The notes under the pieces are model-generated. The model saw only the letters and a list, made by a program, of their open reading frames with translations. It was not told where the DNA came from and made no database searches. 64,000 nucleotides of DNA from Camelus dromedarius (lineage: Eukaryota): the NCBI RefSeq assembly GCF_036321535.1, contig NC_087437.1, positions 101,806,001 through 101,870,000 on the forward strand. The letters run 5' to 3'. Made by a program: the position numbers and the translations under genes. This document shows, one piece after another, positions 50,201-61,699 of the stretch. The first letter of the stretch is position 1; the number at the start of each line of letters is the position of its first letter.

Positions 50201-52240
50201 GATCTATACTGTTGTTCAAGTCCACTGTTTTCTTACTGATCATCTGTTTGGATGTTTTATCCATTACTGAACATAGAATACTGAAATCTACTGTAAGCGT
50301 GTTACTATCTATACCTCCATTTAGTTCTGACAATATTTGCTTTATATATTTGAGTGTGTTAATGTTGAGTGCATACATATCTGTTTTATTTCCTGGTGAA
50401 TTGATCCCTTCACCATTATATGTCCTTCTTTTCCTCTTATGACAGTTTTGACTTAAAGTCTATTTTGTCTCATATTAAGTATGGCCACACTTTCTCTCAT
50501 TTGATTACCATTTAAATGGAGTATCAGTTTCCATTTTTTCACTTTCAGCCTATGCGTCTCATTAAATCTAAAGTATGCCTCTTGTAGACAACATATAGTT
50601 GGATCTTTTTCTTTTAATCTAGTCATTCTTCTGTTTATTGATTCGAGAGTTTAATCAATTTACATAAAACAAATACTAATGGGGAAGAAATACATTTGCC
50701 ATTTTGTTATTTTCTGTTTCTCTTATAGCTTTTTGTCCCTTTTTGTTCCTCTTTTTGCTGTTTTCCTTTTTGGTTCATTGGCTTTTCATAGTGACATGCT
50801 TAGGTTCCTTTCCCATTTTCTTTTTGTGTATCTTCTATAGGTATTTTCTTTGTAATTTTTGTGTCTTTGATGCCCATTATTTCTTCAAATAAACTTTCTG
50901 CCCCCTTTTCTCTCTCTTCTTCTAATGTGTATATTGTTTGGCCTCATAATGTCCCATAAATCCTGTAAGGCTTTTTTTGCTGTTTTTAATTCTTTGTTCT
51001 TTTTGTTCCTCTGACTGAATAATTTCGAGTGTCTTTAATTTCATTGATTCTTTCTTTCACCTGACGAAGTCTACAATTGAACACCCTTACTTATTTAGTT
51101 CTTTAGCTCTAGCATTTTTGTTTTGTACTTTTTAATGTTTTCTATCTCTTTGTTGGCATTTTCATTTTGTTCATCCTTATTTTCCTCAGCTTGCATCCAT
51201 ATGATTGTTATTTTGAATTCTTTGTGAAGTAATTCATATGCCCCCATTTCTTTTAAGATTTGTCTGTGGAGATTTATTTTGTTTCTTTAACTGAGCTATG
51301 TTTCCCTATTTCTTTGTGCCTTTTAACTTTTTGTTAAGATCTCTGCATTCTGAATAAAAGCCAATACTCCCAGTCTTTATGGATTAACTTCACACAAGAG
51401 AAAGATCTTTACCAATCAGCCTAGCTAGAGATTCTCCGGGGCCTCTAAAACCTCTCTGGGGGACGCATCTTCTCTAGAGTTGTGAATATAAATTCCCAGT
51501 TAGAGTAATTTACTTTTCTTTCTTTCTTTTTTTAAGGAACTCATAATCTCTTGCTCGCTATGGTGTTTGTCGTACTGAAGGTTCTCTAGAGCTGCTGCAG
51601 GCACCTAGTTCTCCTTTGTTCTCAATAACACCCTTGCTTTTATACTATTTCAGGTCCCATCATCACTCCAAGTTAAGGAAGACAAACCAGTCCCTCAGAC
51701 AGCGCACTGAAAAGCTGGAACATTAGATGTATGCTCCACTCTTCTCTCCCATCCTGTTCATTCCTAAGGGAGACGCTGCTGAGCTGTGTTGTCCTCTGTC
51801 TGTGTATCCCAGGTCTTCTAGAGCAGTAGCAAGCCACCCAGCTCTCTTTCCAAGCCACCAGTTCTCAGTGCCTCCCTGGCATGTAGAGTATGCCAAGTCC
51901 TATCACTACTTCAAAAGAGGCAAGACAAGGACTATTCCCTTGGGCAGCCCCCTGAAAAGCTTGGGCATTGGGTGTATACTCCAACTTATTACCTCCTTAG
52001 GGAGAACCTGGGAGTTGGAGGTTTCTTTCTACATGTTCCACTCTGAGCTGAGAGGAGGGACTATGGTGAGTGAGTACGTGCTAGTCTAAACCACTGCTTT
52101 ATTCTCAGCAGATTCATGTTTAGTGCTTTTTACTTGTTAGCACTTACATTTAGGTAAGATAGAAGCTAGTCTCTTAAGCAAGCCTCCTGAAAAGTTAAAA
52201 TGTTGGGTGTGCAATTCAGTTTCCTCCTTCCATCTCCAGG
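47290..52240 (-). mobile_element. Long decayed LINE-1 (old L1M type) with 5' UTR, ORF1 and ORF2 remnants, internal deletions, and an LTR-like insertion
   Basis: ORF 50085-50378(-) YALNINTLKYIKQILSELNGGIDSNTL...DKTSKQMISKKTVDLN and ORF 49295-49567(-) DYLLSHKTCHNKFKKIEIISGIFCNH...WKLSTMLLNSKWVKEE match the L1 ORF2 endonuclease region. 47.6-49.2 kb reads as antisense ORF2. Confidence 0.92.
49646..50181 (-). mobile_element. LTR-like insertion (tentatively ERVL, MER73/MER74 group) inside the L1 endonuclease region
   Basis: L1 text breaks after 'gaatgttctatatat' and resumes at 'tgtttatttggttcatttgatc'. The ~535 bp between is more GC-rich and not L1. Family and strand are tentative. Confidence 0.6.
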
Positions 52241-53539
52241 AAAAAGCCACACAGTGTGTGTGTGTGTGTTTGAGACAGAAAGAGATCACACTTAAAACGC
52301 TTCTCTGACAACAAAAGGGCAGGAATACAAAAGGGCAGTTATTAATATTTAATGTACAGTTTAAATCTAGGCACATCCATTCCTGTAGAACTAACAAACA
52401 GGAATAGTTTTAATCTTCTTAAATTTGTCTTCTTCACTCGCAGTTAAAAAATATATATTGAAAGTCTCTTATAACAGACTCAGTACTAGTCACTAAGTGA
52501 TGAATAAATGAAGTTCCTGCCATTGGAGCATTTTTAGTGCAATGAAAGAGAAAGACTTAAAATCAGATAAACTCACTAAAAGTCATGAGTGCAATAAAAA
52601 TGGCAAAGATGAAACTGGAGAGACCAGAATAATCATACTGCATCCATACGTTCATGAATGCCTTCATAAATTCAATTCATCTTAATCAGTATAACTGATG
52701 ACATTGCACGCTGGTGACTATACAGATCTTGAGATTATTTAACTGTGTATAACTATTCATCAAGAAACTCATAATCACTACTTTAACTTCTATTTAAATG
52801 GTGTGTATACTTTATTTATATATAAATTGACTCTCTCAAGTACAATTTTACTCTTAGAGAGATGTCTAGCGGGATGATGATAAGCTTTTCCTTGATATGG
52901 AACTACACCCTATAACATATTGAAGAAAACTGAAAAGAAAAAGAAATAATAGAAAAAACACATTAGAAATAAGAGTATTAGCTATGCATCTTGAATAAAG
53001 AAATAGGTATATATGTGATTGTATTTAATGATTAATTGCTTTTGTAAAAAAAAAAAAGCTATGTGTAATTCAATGAATAGACACTACACTGAAAAATATT
53101 CAGTGTCTAGAGGACATACCTCCAGGTTATCTGATTCCAGTCTTCCATTGCCTTTGATTTATTTTATAATTCAATAGTGGTAGGTAACCAGTAACCAAGT
53201 AAATTATTCCCATGGACATTCAAATTCTGTTATGACCAGCAGATTTTCAACCAAAAAAGTTCTTCCCCCTCTGAAGAAAAAAATTAGTTTTTCCTTGATT
53301 TACATATCCATTTCAACATTCCTGATCTATATATGTGTCTCTTCTTTGGATTCCCTTTTAAATCAGTTACCTCATCAGTTAGGGTTCTCTCAAGAGTTAA
53401 TAAAATCTCTAACTCAGTTTTAATTTTATATCAGTATGAAAATCATGACTTTACTCTTTTTCAGAAAATATCTTTTAACACTGTTAATAACACTCTAAGT
53501 GCCTCAAAGTTTTCTTTGAGAATATAAAGTGAGCTGGAT

Positions 53540-53957
53540 ATTTAGGACATATCTATTAGAAGCAGAGACTGAGAGAGGGGTTAAGGTGAGCCTGAATTTT
53601 GGGGGAAATGCTCCTCAGGAAAAGAGCTGAAGCGGTACAGGAAAGGGAAAAAGAGCAAAGGCATCTGACACACATGGGTAGGACTCTGGACCATACATCA
53701 CTCCACAAGATTGTCTTTTATTTTAGGTCAGGGGATGGGGCTTTTAAACTCCCATATTGTTTGTTAATCATGGGCTGAGGGCCATTCCCTGAGGGAGGGG
53801 TAACATTGTAAATTTTGTAGTGAGGTGGCTACCATTAGTGAATTACGGTAATTCTCTGGAGGTAACTGGCACCTCTGAACCATTGCCAGTCAACCCTAGT
53901 AACAGCTGGGGGCTGGACGCAAAGGGGGTCTAGACTGGACAATTCTATACTTACCAC
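53540..53957 (-). mobile_element. ERVL LTR (LTR16-like)
   Basis: 'agaagcagagactgagagaggggttaaggtgagcctgaattttgggggaaatgctcctcagg...cacctctgaaccattgccagtcaaccctagtaacagctggggg'. Confidence 0.6.
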
Positions 53958-54215
53958 TGCTCATAAAGATGCTCTATGTCTAGGAGACATACAGCATACA
54001 GCAGAGCCTAGGTATGGTAAATACTTATAATCAGTAAATTTTATTGATATTTATTTACCAAATAAATGTAAGTATTTTAGCAAAGGATTATGCTAATCCT
54101 ACATACAAAGCCACAAAATTTTGCTAATCCTATATACAAAGCCACACACTTTGTCCACTTACACACAAAACTATTTTAGAATTTAGACTTTTTTGAAAAA
54201 CTACCACCCTTCGCC

Positions 54216-54218
<3 letters not shown>

Positions 54219-54249
<31 letters not shown>

Positions 54250-54250
54250 A
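54219..54250. repeat. (AAAAC)n simple repeat
   Basis: Seen directly. Confidence 0.85.
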
Positions 54251-54299
54251 ACACTGCAGCAGACTATTCAGGCCAGAGAATATATGTGGCTGACCACAG

Positions 54300-54600
54300 T
54301 ACAGAAATGGGCAGAAGAAACTCAAAAAAGAAGAAATATAAATCATCAATTAAAATGTAACTCACTATTTAACTTTGCCAGCAATGAAAATACTTCATTA
54401 AAAATGGAGTATTTTTCTCATCTAATGTGCTAAAATTTACTTTCTTGGGTTAATGAAGGTGGCAGTAAGTAGACAGGTTCATTTGTGATTATGGACCTTT
54501 CCATCAGTACAACCTTTCAGAGCAATTTGATAAACAGAAGGGTAGTTTTTTGAAATATCAATTCCACTCATGAGAATAACCCAAAGGAAATAAATCAGAT
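54300..54600 (+). mobile_element. Ancient LINE-1 ORF2 3' fragment (L1ME-like)
   Basis: 'gaaatgggcagaagaaactcaaaaaagaagaaatataaatc...caattccactcatgagaataacccaaagg'. Confidence 0.5.
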
Positions 54601-56855
54601 CTATATAAAGTTGAAAGTAATTCTTAGGTAGGCAAGAGTGAAAGAAAGATACTGTCTGAGGTACTTCCTGAAAAAAATAGACAACAAATGTTTACAAAGC
54701 CAAGTTCTCTATATTTTATAAGGAGTTCTATCAGGACAGGGGTGGGAGATGTATATGACAAAATTATATACTCTAAAAACTGTTCATCTATGAAGGTAAC
54801 AGAAAAAAAGGAAGGAAGGAAAGGGAATCTTACACATTCATGGATATAGGACTATAGAAGGCAAATTCTTCTTGAGAAAAGAGAGTCAATATAAAAAATC
54901 CAAACCAAGAACTTAGTCTATAGGGTGTACAATTGAAAAACCCAAGTTAACTTGGTTCTTGTTTCTTTCACCAAGTAGAATTATGCTTAGCTTTCTTAGT
55001 CAAATTAATTGTAATACCAGGCTGTAATATGAGCAGTACATGAAAATATATTTAAACTATAAAATGTCAGCTCTAAATTTTTTGCTACTTTAAACATTTA
55101 ATAATATTATAGTATGTATTCAATTACCTTTTCACTAGAATGTCAATTTCATGTCCCCACAGAAAAGTACCCAAACAGGTTCAGAGGAAGGGATATTTCA
55201 TCAGAGGCTGCAGTGTGGCTGGTCTTACATGCATCAAAATATGACATTCAAATTTTAATTATCCTAAGCCTAAGGCTCAAGTGTATAGATTTTCTAAGGT
55301 TCCAAAGATCCCAGTCAGCAAACAGGACATATTAGATTGTCAAGGAAACAATCAGATGTCCATAGCTTCTGTTCTGATCATTTCGGAGCCTTTAAAATCT
55401 TGTCATTTCACTCAAGCCCAAAAAGGCTTGAACCCTCAGTAGTTCTGAGAAATGACTCAAGACTCATACCTTCTGCCAGAACCTTCTTGTTCAAGACGTG
55501 GTTTCTATCGTATTACCTTGTTTTCAGATAGTGCTATTTGCCCTCATTTCAGATAAATCCAACTATCTCCCACTTAGGAATTATTCTCAACCTCAAGTTC
55601 TTCAGCCAATCATTCACATCACAAACCTCTACTAATTAAAACTCCCTCATCTCACGAATTAAAAGGAATTCAAGACACATCTTTAGCTCTTTATAAGACA
55701 CTGTGAAAGCATGTCTTGAAATAAGTAACAGCATTAGTATTTTGGATTCACTTCAATTATTAATGCATAAATTTTCTCTATGTAAAACGTATTATAAAAG
55801 AATGACAGAATTTTAAAAACATTTCTTTAGTTATGAGCCACTTCTTTCCTTTTATATAAAAAATGGCAATAAGAACAGTAATGCAAATCAGGTTCATAAC
55901 TTAAAATCACTTTTGTATTTCTCTTCCTACTGTTACATGTGATAGAAATAACTGTTTTAAAATAACTAAAGCAGACCTATTGTACACAATCATAATTTTA
56001 TCTATTTTTAATATCTTTAAACAACCTCACAATAGGGTCATGGTCTCTAGCAAAGCCTATTCTCCTCTAAAGAAATAGCTGTGAGCTTTTGAAAAAAAGT
56101 CAGGCATTCTCAATCCCTTTCAAACACAAAGAGAAAAATACAGTTATTTTAAAAGTCCGCTAATAATTAAATGGAGATCTAAGGGACCAATTTGCAACAG
56201 GCTTTTTAAAGAGGCAAGTTTACTGTGCTGAACTTATAATAGTTTGTGCAATATTTGCATATGAGAATTATCTGCATTCCTCAAAACAGTGGGATAAAAT
56301 TGGAATTCTCTTTTTCTTAATATATTTGAGTGCATCTACATTTGCATAGTGAATTGGAGAAATATGTTTATTATATGGAATAACATTTACCACTTTCTGA
56401 AATATTTGAATGTAGAGGCAAATGGTATTTAAAAATTGAATTATTCGTCTAATTCAGTGTTTTTATTTTAATTTTTAAGTCTCAAGTGATAGATTATTTA
56501 GCAACTATGATTGAGTGTAGATACATCAAATTGCAGATCATCTAACTTCTTTAGTTAAAAAAGTGATGGGTAATTCATGTCCTGGGTGTCACAAATCCTG
56601 GCCCAAATGTGTTATTTTTATAGAAACCAGAAAGGCTTCAATTCTATTGATTCCAATATGGTTAAGTAAATGTGGCTCTGAAAAAGTATCTAAATCTGTC
56701 CATTTATAAGTTTGTTATGGCACTCCATTAGATAATTCCACTACTTTTATCAGAAGTTTTATTATTTTTATGTATAATTTTAATTGAAAATTGAATGTGA
56801 TATAAATATTAAAGAAAACTTAAAAATAAAAGTCTATAATTTTCTCTGTTTTCAA

Positions 56856-57003
56856 ATTTTTTTTTATTTCTTAATTCTTTTTTTCTTTTGTGAGGGGAGG
56901 TAATTAGGTTTTTATTTATTTATTGTAATGGAGGTACTGAGGATTGAACCCAGGACCTTGTGCATACTAAGCACACACTCTACCACTGAGATATACTCTC
57001 CCC
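56856..57003 (-). mobile_element. tRNA-derived SINE, camelid Vic-1 type
   Basis: The minus strand reads ggggagagtatatctcagtggtagagtgtgtgcttagtatgcacaaggtcctgggttcaatcctcagtacctccattacaataaataaataaaaacctaattacctccc followed by an A-rich tail. Pol III A-box-like (TATCTCAGTGG) and B-box (GGTTCAATCC) motifs are present, with a degenerate flanking TSD. Confidence 0.88.
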
Positions 57004-57089
57004 AATTTTTTTCTACTTTCAACATTTACTTTTCATTTTTTAATTAAAAACATTCTACTATTTTTATTATAATCTTTCTCATCTACAAG

Positions 57090-57577
57090 TGTGATGGTTA
57101 ACTTTCTATATTAACTTGACTAGGCTAAAGGATGCCAATGTAGTTGGCAAACCATTATTTCTCGGTGTATCTGTGAGGGTGTTTCTGTAAGACATTAACA
57201 TTTGTGTAGACTGACTCAAGAAGACTGCTGTCACCAATACAAGTGGGCATCATTCAATTCACTGAGAGCCTAAATAGAACAAAAAGGTGGAAGAAGTGCA
57301 AATTTGCTCTTTCTGCCTGAGCTAAGACATCTATCTTCTCCTGTTCTCCACATCCATGCTCCTGGGTCTCAGACCTTCAGGCTCAGACTGAATTATGTCA
57401 CATGCTTTCCTGGGTCTCCAGCTTGCAAATGGCAAATCATGGGACTTCCCAGTCTCCACAACTTCATGATCCAATTTCTATAATAAGTCTCTCTCTCTCT
57501 CTCTCTCTCTCTTTTCTCTGTCTCTCTCTCTCTGTGTATATATATAAAGTTCTGTTTCTCTAGAGAACCCTAACACA
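57090..57577 (+). mobile_element. ERVL solo LTR (MLT2B-like) with internal (CT)n
   Basis: 'tgtgatggttaactttctatattaacttgactaggctaaaggatgcc...gtgggcatcattcaattcactgagagcctaaatagaacaaaaagg...gttctgtttctctagagaaccctaacaca'. Confidence 0.92.
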
Positions 57578-57631
57578 AATATGCATAGATTTCCCTAATT
57601 ACAACATACGTGCACATTATCTACTTTCTAC

Positions 57632-57880
57632 ATTATTTTTATTTATTTTTTTAACTTTTTTTATTGAGTTATAGTCATTTTACAATGTTGTGTCAAATTC
57701 CAGTATAGAGCACAATTTTTCAGTTATACATGCACATACATATATTCATTGTCACATTTTTTTTTTGCTGTGAGCTACCACAAGATCTTGTATATATTTC
57801 CCTGTACTATACAGTCTAATCTTGTTTATCTATTCTACATATGCCTGTCAGTATCTACAGATTTTGAACTACCAATCTAA
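57632..57880 (-). mobile_element. 5'-truncated lineage-specific LINE-1 3' end
   Basis: T-rich tail plus 'attgagttatagtcattttacaatgttgtgtcaaattccagtatagagcac...tttccctgtactatacagt'. Candidate TSD tctactttc at 57620-57628 and 57882-57890. Confidence 0.88.
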
Positions 57881-57890
57881 GTCTACTTTC

Positions 57891-59220
57891 AAGTAAGTCC
57901 AATTTCAAATAATAATACCACTTTGTGAGTATGCAGTTACTTTACAAGACAGTATTCCCAATTCCTTCCTGTTTATCACATTCTAGTTATCTATTATATC
58001 TTATTTTACTCTTTCTTATTCTTTCTCTGACATTCTGCCTTTCTTTAAATAGAACTGTGTTTTTGACCTATACAATTTTTCTTCTCTGTAAAAAACTTCT
58101 TTTAATATTTCTTACAAGGTAGCTCTACTTATGAGAGATTTTTTCAGTTTCTGTTTTTCTGAGAAAATCTTTTTTTCTACTTCACATCTGCAAAATAATT
58201 TTGCTAGATATAGAATTCTTGACTGAGGTGGTTTTTAAAAACTTTGTTTTCGAAACAGTGTTTCAATCTATTCCCCTCTTTTTCACCTGGTTTCTGACAA
58301 AAAGTCTCTCATAATTTTATCCTAATTCCTCCATAAAGTATGGGATGTTCTCCCTATGGCTCCATTCTAGATTTTCTCTTTGTTTTTGGATTTCTGTAGT
58401 TTTAATATCATATGCCTAACGTAGTTGTGGTTTTTTGGTTGATAAATTTTTAAGCATTTATCTTGCTTGTTGTTCTCAGTGCTTATTGGATCGGTGGTTT
58501 GGTTTCTGCTATTAATTTTGAAAATCCTCAACCATTATTAATTCAAATGCTTTTTCTTTTCCATTCTCTCTTTTCCTTCTGGTATTCCAATTATGCATAT
58601 GTCACCACTTTTTAAAATGTCCTACGGATCTTGGATCCTCTTTTCTGTTATCTACTCATCTTTCTCTTTCCATTTTGGCTTGGGAAGACTTCTATTGGCT
58701 TATCTTTAAACACAATTATTCTTTCTTTGGCAATGTTCAATCTACTGAAAAATCCATCAAAAGTATTCTTCATTTCTATTACAGTATTTTATTCCTAATA
58801 TATCATTTTGATTCCTTCTTAGAGTTTCCATTTCTTATATTACATACTTGTTCTTAGAAGTTGTCTATTTTTCCATTAAGGCTCTTTCTATATTCATTAT
58901 AGTTATTTTAAATTTCCTAACTGATAATTCCAAAATCTGTATCATACCTGAGTTTGCTTCTGAGCAAGCTTTGGCTTTTCAGATTGTGTTTTTATTTTTT
59001 TTTTCCTTGTCTTTAGTATACCTTATGTATTTTTTGTTGAAAGTCAAGCATAACATATTACATAATAAAAACTCAGATAAACAGGCCTTTAGTGTGAGTT
59101 ATGCATTACTCTGGCTAGGCTGGGATATGTTTAATGTTTTTTGTAGCTGTAAGTACCAGAGCCTTCAGTTTCCCCTACTGGCCTTATTTTTTTTCCTCTC
59201 CCCTATTTCCTTCAGGTTAT
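57891..59220 (-). mobile_element. Old LINE-1 ORF1/inter-ORF region (L1MC/MD-like)
   Basis: 'cttttaatatttcttacaaggtagctctac...ttttgctagatatagaattctt...attaattttgaaaatcctcaaccattattaattcaaat...ccttctggtattccaattatgcatatg'. Confidence 0.8.
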
Positions 59221-59999
59221 TCATTCATTTATGGTATGAAATTTGTAGACTCAGTGAGCCAAGAGTTTATATTTGATACAGTTGATAACATTTCAATTAT
59301 ATATATATTCTAGCCCACCTATGCTGCTACAATATGACCCACAGACTCCAGAATGTTTATAGCATGCCCTGTCTTCTCTGTCTCCTTTATTCTAAATTTT
59401 TTCTTTCATCCTCAAAGCAAAACCACTTCCCTTAAATTAGGTTTTATTTTTCAGACACCTTCTTAAGCATAAAACTGCACTATAAATAGAAAAAATATAA
59501 AATATACACAATCGCTATTGATTCCCCCCATGTTAACAATTGTTCTTCATAGATATAGTGCTAATTATATGAGAAAATAAAGAATATTTGTGTGTATAAC
59601 CATAGGCATTTGGTTACTTTGATATGACATTCAAGGTCATACCTTAACTTTATTTCTTCTAAAAAATACCCCCCTATAAAAATTAACTAAACCCCTGTAT
59701 TGAACATAGTCTTTTATGTTTTATTATATCCTGTATCCACCCACTAAACTTCTGTAGAAACAGTGAAAGGACATGATAAGACAAGCGCACTCTAAGGATC
59801 ATATGTATCTGCATAAAGCAGATTATGGAAAACAACAACCTAAAAGGAGAGATATGCCTGTAAAAAGCACTGAGCTGGGAATTTCACAGCTGAGTTTCCC
59901 ATGTAATGAGTTTGCTATCAGCTTACTACACAACCACCAGTTATCTAACCCTGATTTCCCTCTAAGTGTGTACAACATACAAGGGACTTGGGGGATGAT

Positions 60000-60523
60000 C
60001 AAGAAAAAAGGTATGATTATAAGAGGCGATAACTCACAATAAGCTTTATTGGGCAGCTTAGACAGTATTGCATGAGAGGGGAAATCCCTGAGAGCATGAG
60101 ACCATCCAGAAACTTAAAGGGTGGGGGCACCAACCAGAAGGAAAGGAGAGTCAGGGAACTCTCAGGAAAGAGGGGATCAGAGAGGGTTCTTACATGTCTA
60201 GGTGATGTTGCTCTGCAGCATGGCTAAGCGTCTCTGTGTCAGGGAACTACAAAGGGTCACAGAAGTCTGAAGTCTTAGAACTACAAGGCCCTGCCTTATC
60301 AATGGACAGCACATGCAAGGTGAAGTTTCACACCTATGTGAAGTAGGCAGGCTCTAAATGACTAAAAATCTTCTTTGGGGGAACTAATTATGAAATAATT
60401 GGATGTGTAAATTTTGAGTTTGGCACTGGTAGGCTTTCAAACTAATGGGTGTCAGCTTGCAGTGAATAAACAAACAACCTAGGGAACAACACACAGAGGC
60501 CACCTTTAGCTCATTTGAATAAC
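60000..60523 (-). mobile_element. Ancient LTR, family unassigned
   Basis: GC-elevated block with a minus-strand AATAAA ('ctttattgg', ~60044-60052), ending in 'taaca' (TGTTA start on the minus strand). Confidence 0.5.
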
Positions 60524-61699
60524 AAAGCAGAATAATCATTTTTTGCCACATACCTGCCACAAGAGTGTTGGGGGGATTAATGAAATAATATTTGCAAAGC
60601 CATTTGGGGTTCTTGTCAAAAAAGTCCTTTATTAATACAAAACAGACTATGACGGTAAGATGCCTTTCCCCAAAGTGGCTTATACACAGTCACTGCTGGT
60701 ATATTCACTGCAACTGAAATGAGCTATTCATGGAGATTATAAACATTAAAATAATTCCTTTACGTTTTACTGGAAGGGCACTAGTTTTCATATGAAAATA
60801 TTTCAAGAATATTTGTATTCAATTTAAAGCATGGTTTAAACAGAATTATAAAATGAACACTTGGGTTTACATACAAATACTTAAATAGTCTTCCAAAAAT
60901 TATTTCTATTTAAATAAGACTTGTTATGCATAAACAGGGGAAAACATTCTTAACATTATAAAAGATAAAAAATTCTTGGGTTAATAATTGTGTTTTAACG
61001 TGTATTTAAATTAATGCTCAACAATTTAACATGTATCTAAATCTGCATTTATGATCCCCTTGGGGAAATTTTTTTAGAATACATAAAATTCATTCTTCAT
61101 ATACGTCACTGCAAATAAGTCACATTTTAGAGAATATATGTGTGTGTTTCTGACCAACTTCTCTTCCAATTCTTATGTTTTTTTACATAAATCCTTATAG
61201 TATTTTATTATTTTTAATCAGGAGAAAACTCCCTCTCTGTCATTCTTTGCTCTCTTTTTTGTGTGTGTGTGCATTTGTGTGTGGACACAAATACATAGAT
61301 ATGTAGTGAGACTGAATGCATAAGTTGAAATTGTCTGTTTTGTATACCAGGAGAGCAGATATGCCTTGGTTAATGAATGTCTTTTGTATGATTCATTTAC
61401 TTTTATCTAGTTAATGCCACCATAGTATAGGTGAAAGAAAAGATAACTCAAATAATCTTACATATTCCTATTAACAGATTGTATATATTTTTCACCATTA
61501 ACCTTTTATCAAATAAAGGGCAAATATTAAAAATGACAACTGATACTTATACTCCCTCTCATTTTTTTATACACTTCCTCCTAAAATTGTGACTTTATGA
61601 AAAACGGGGCAAATACCTAGCTGGAGAAAGATAAGAGAAAAATCACATAATCTGGTTCAACTAGTTATTGTTAAGGTACTGCTTATTAGTTATTTACCC

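Noticed and set aside
56930..57003. tRNA-like sequence
   Set aside because: It is the head of a SINE: SINE tail, A-rich end and TSD are present and the stems are degenerate.
58848..59276. 142-aa hydrophobic ORF resembling a membrane protein
   Set aside because: It is the T-rich antisense strand of an old L1, so the hydrophobicity is compositional.
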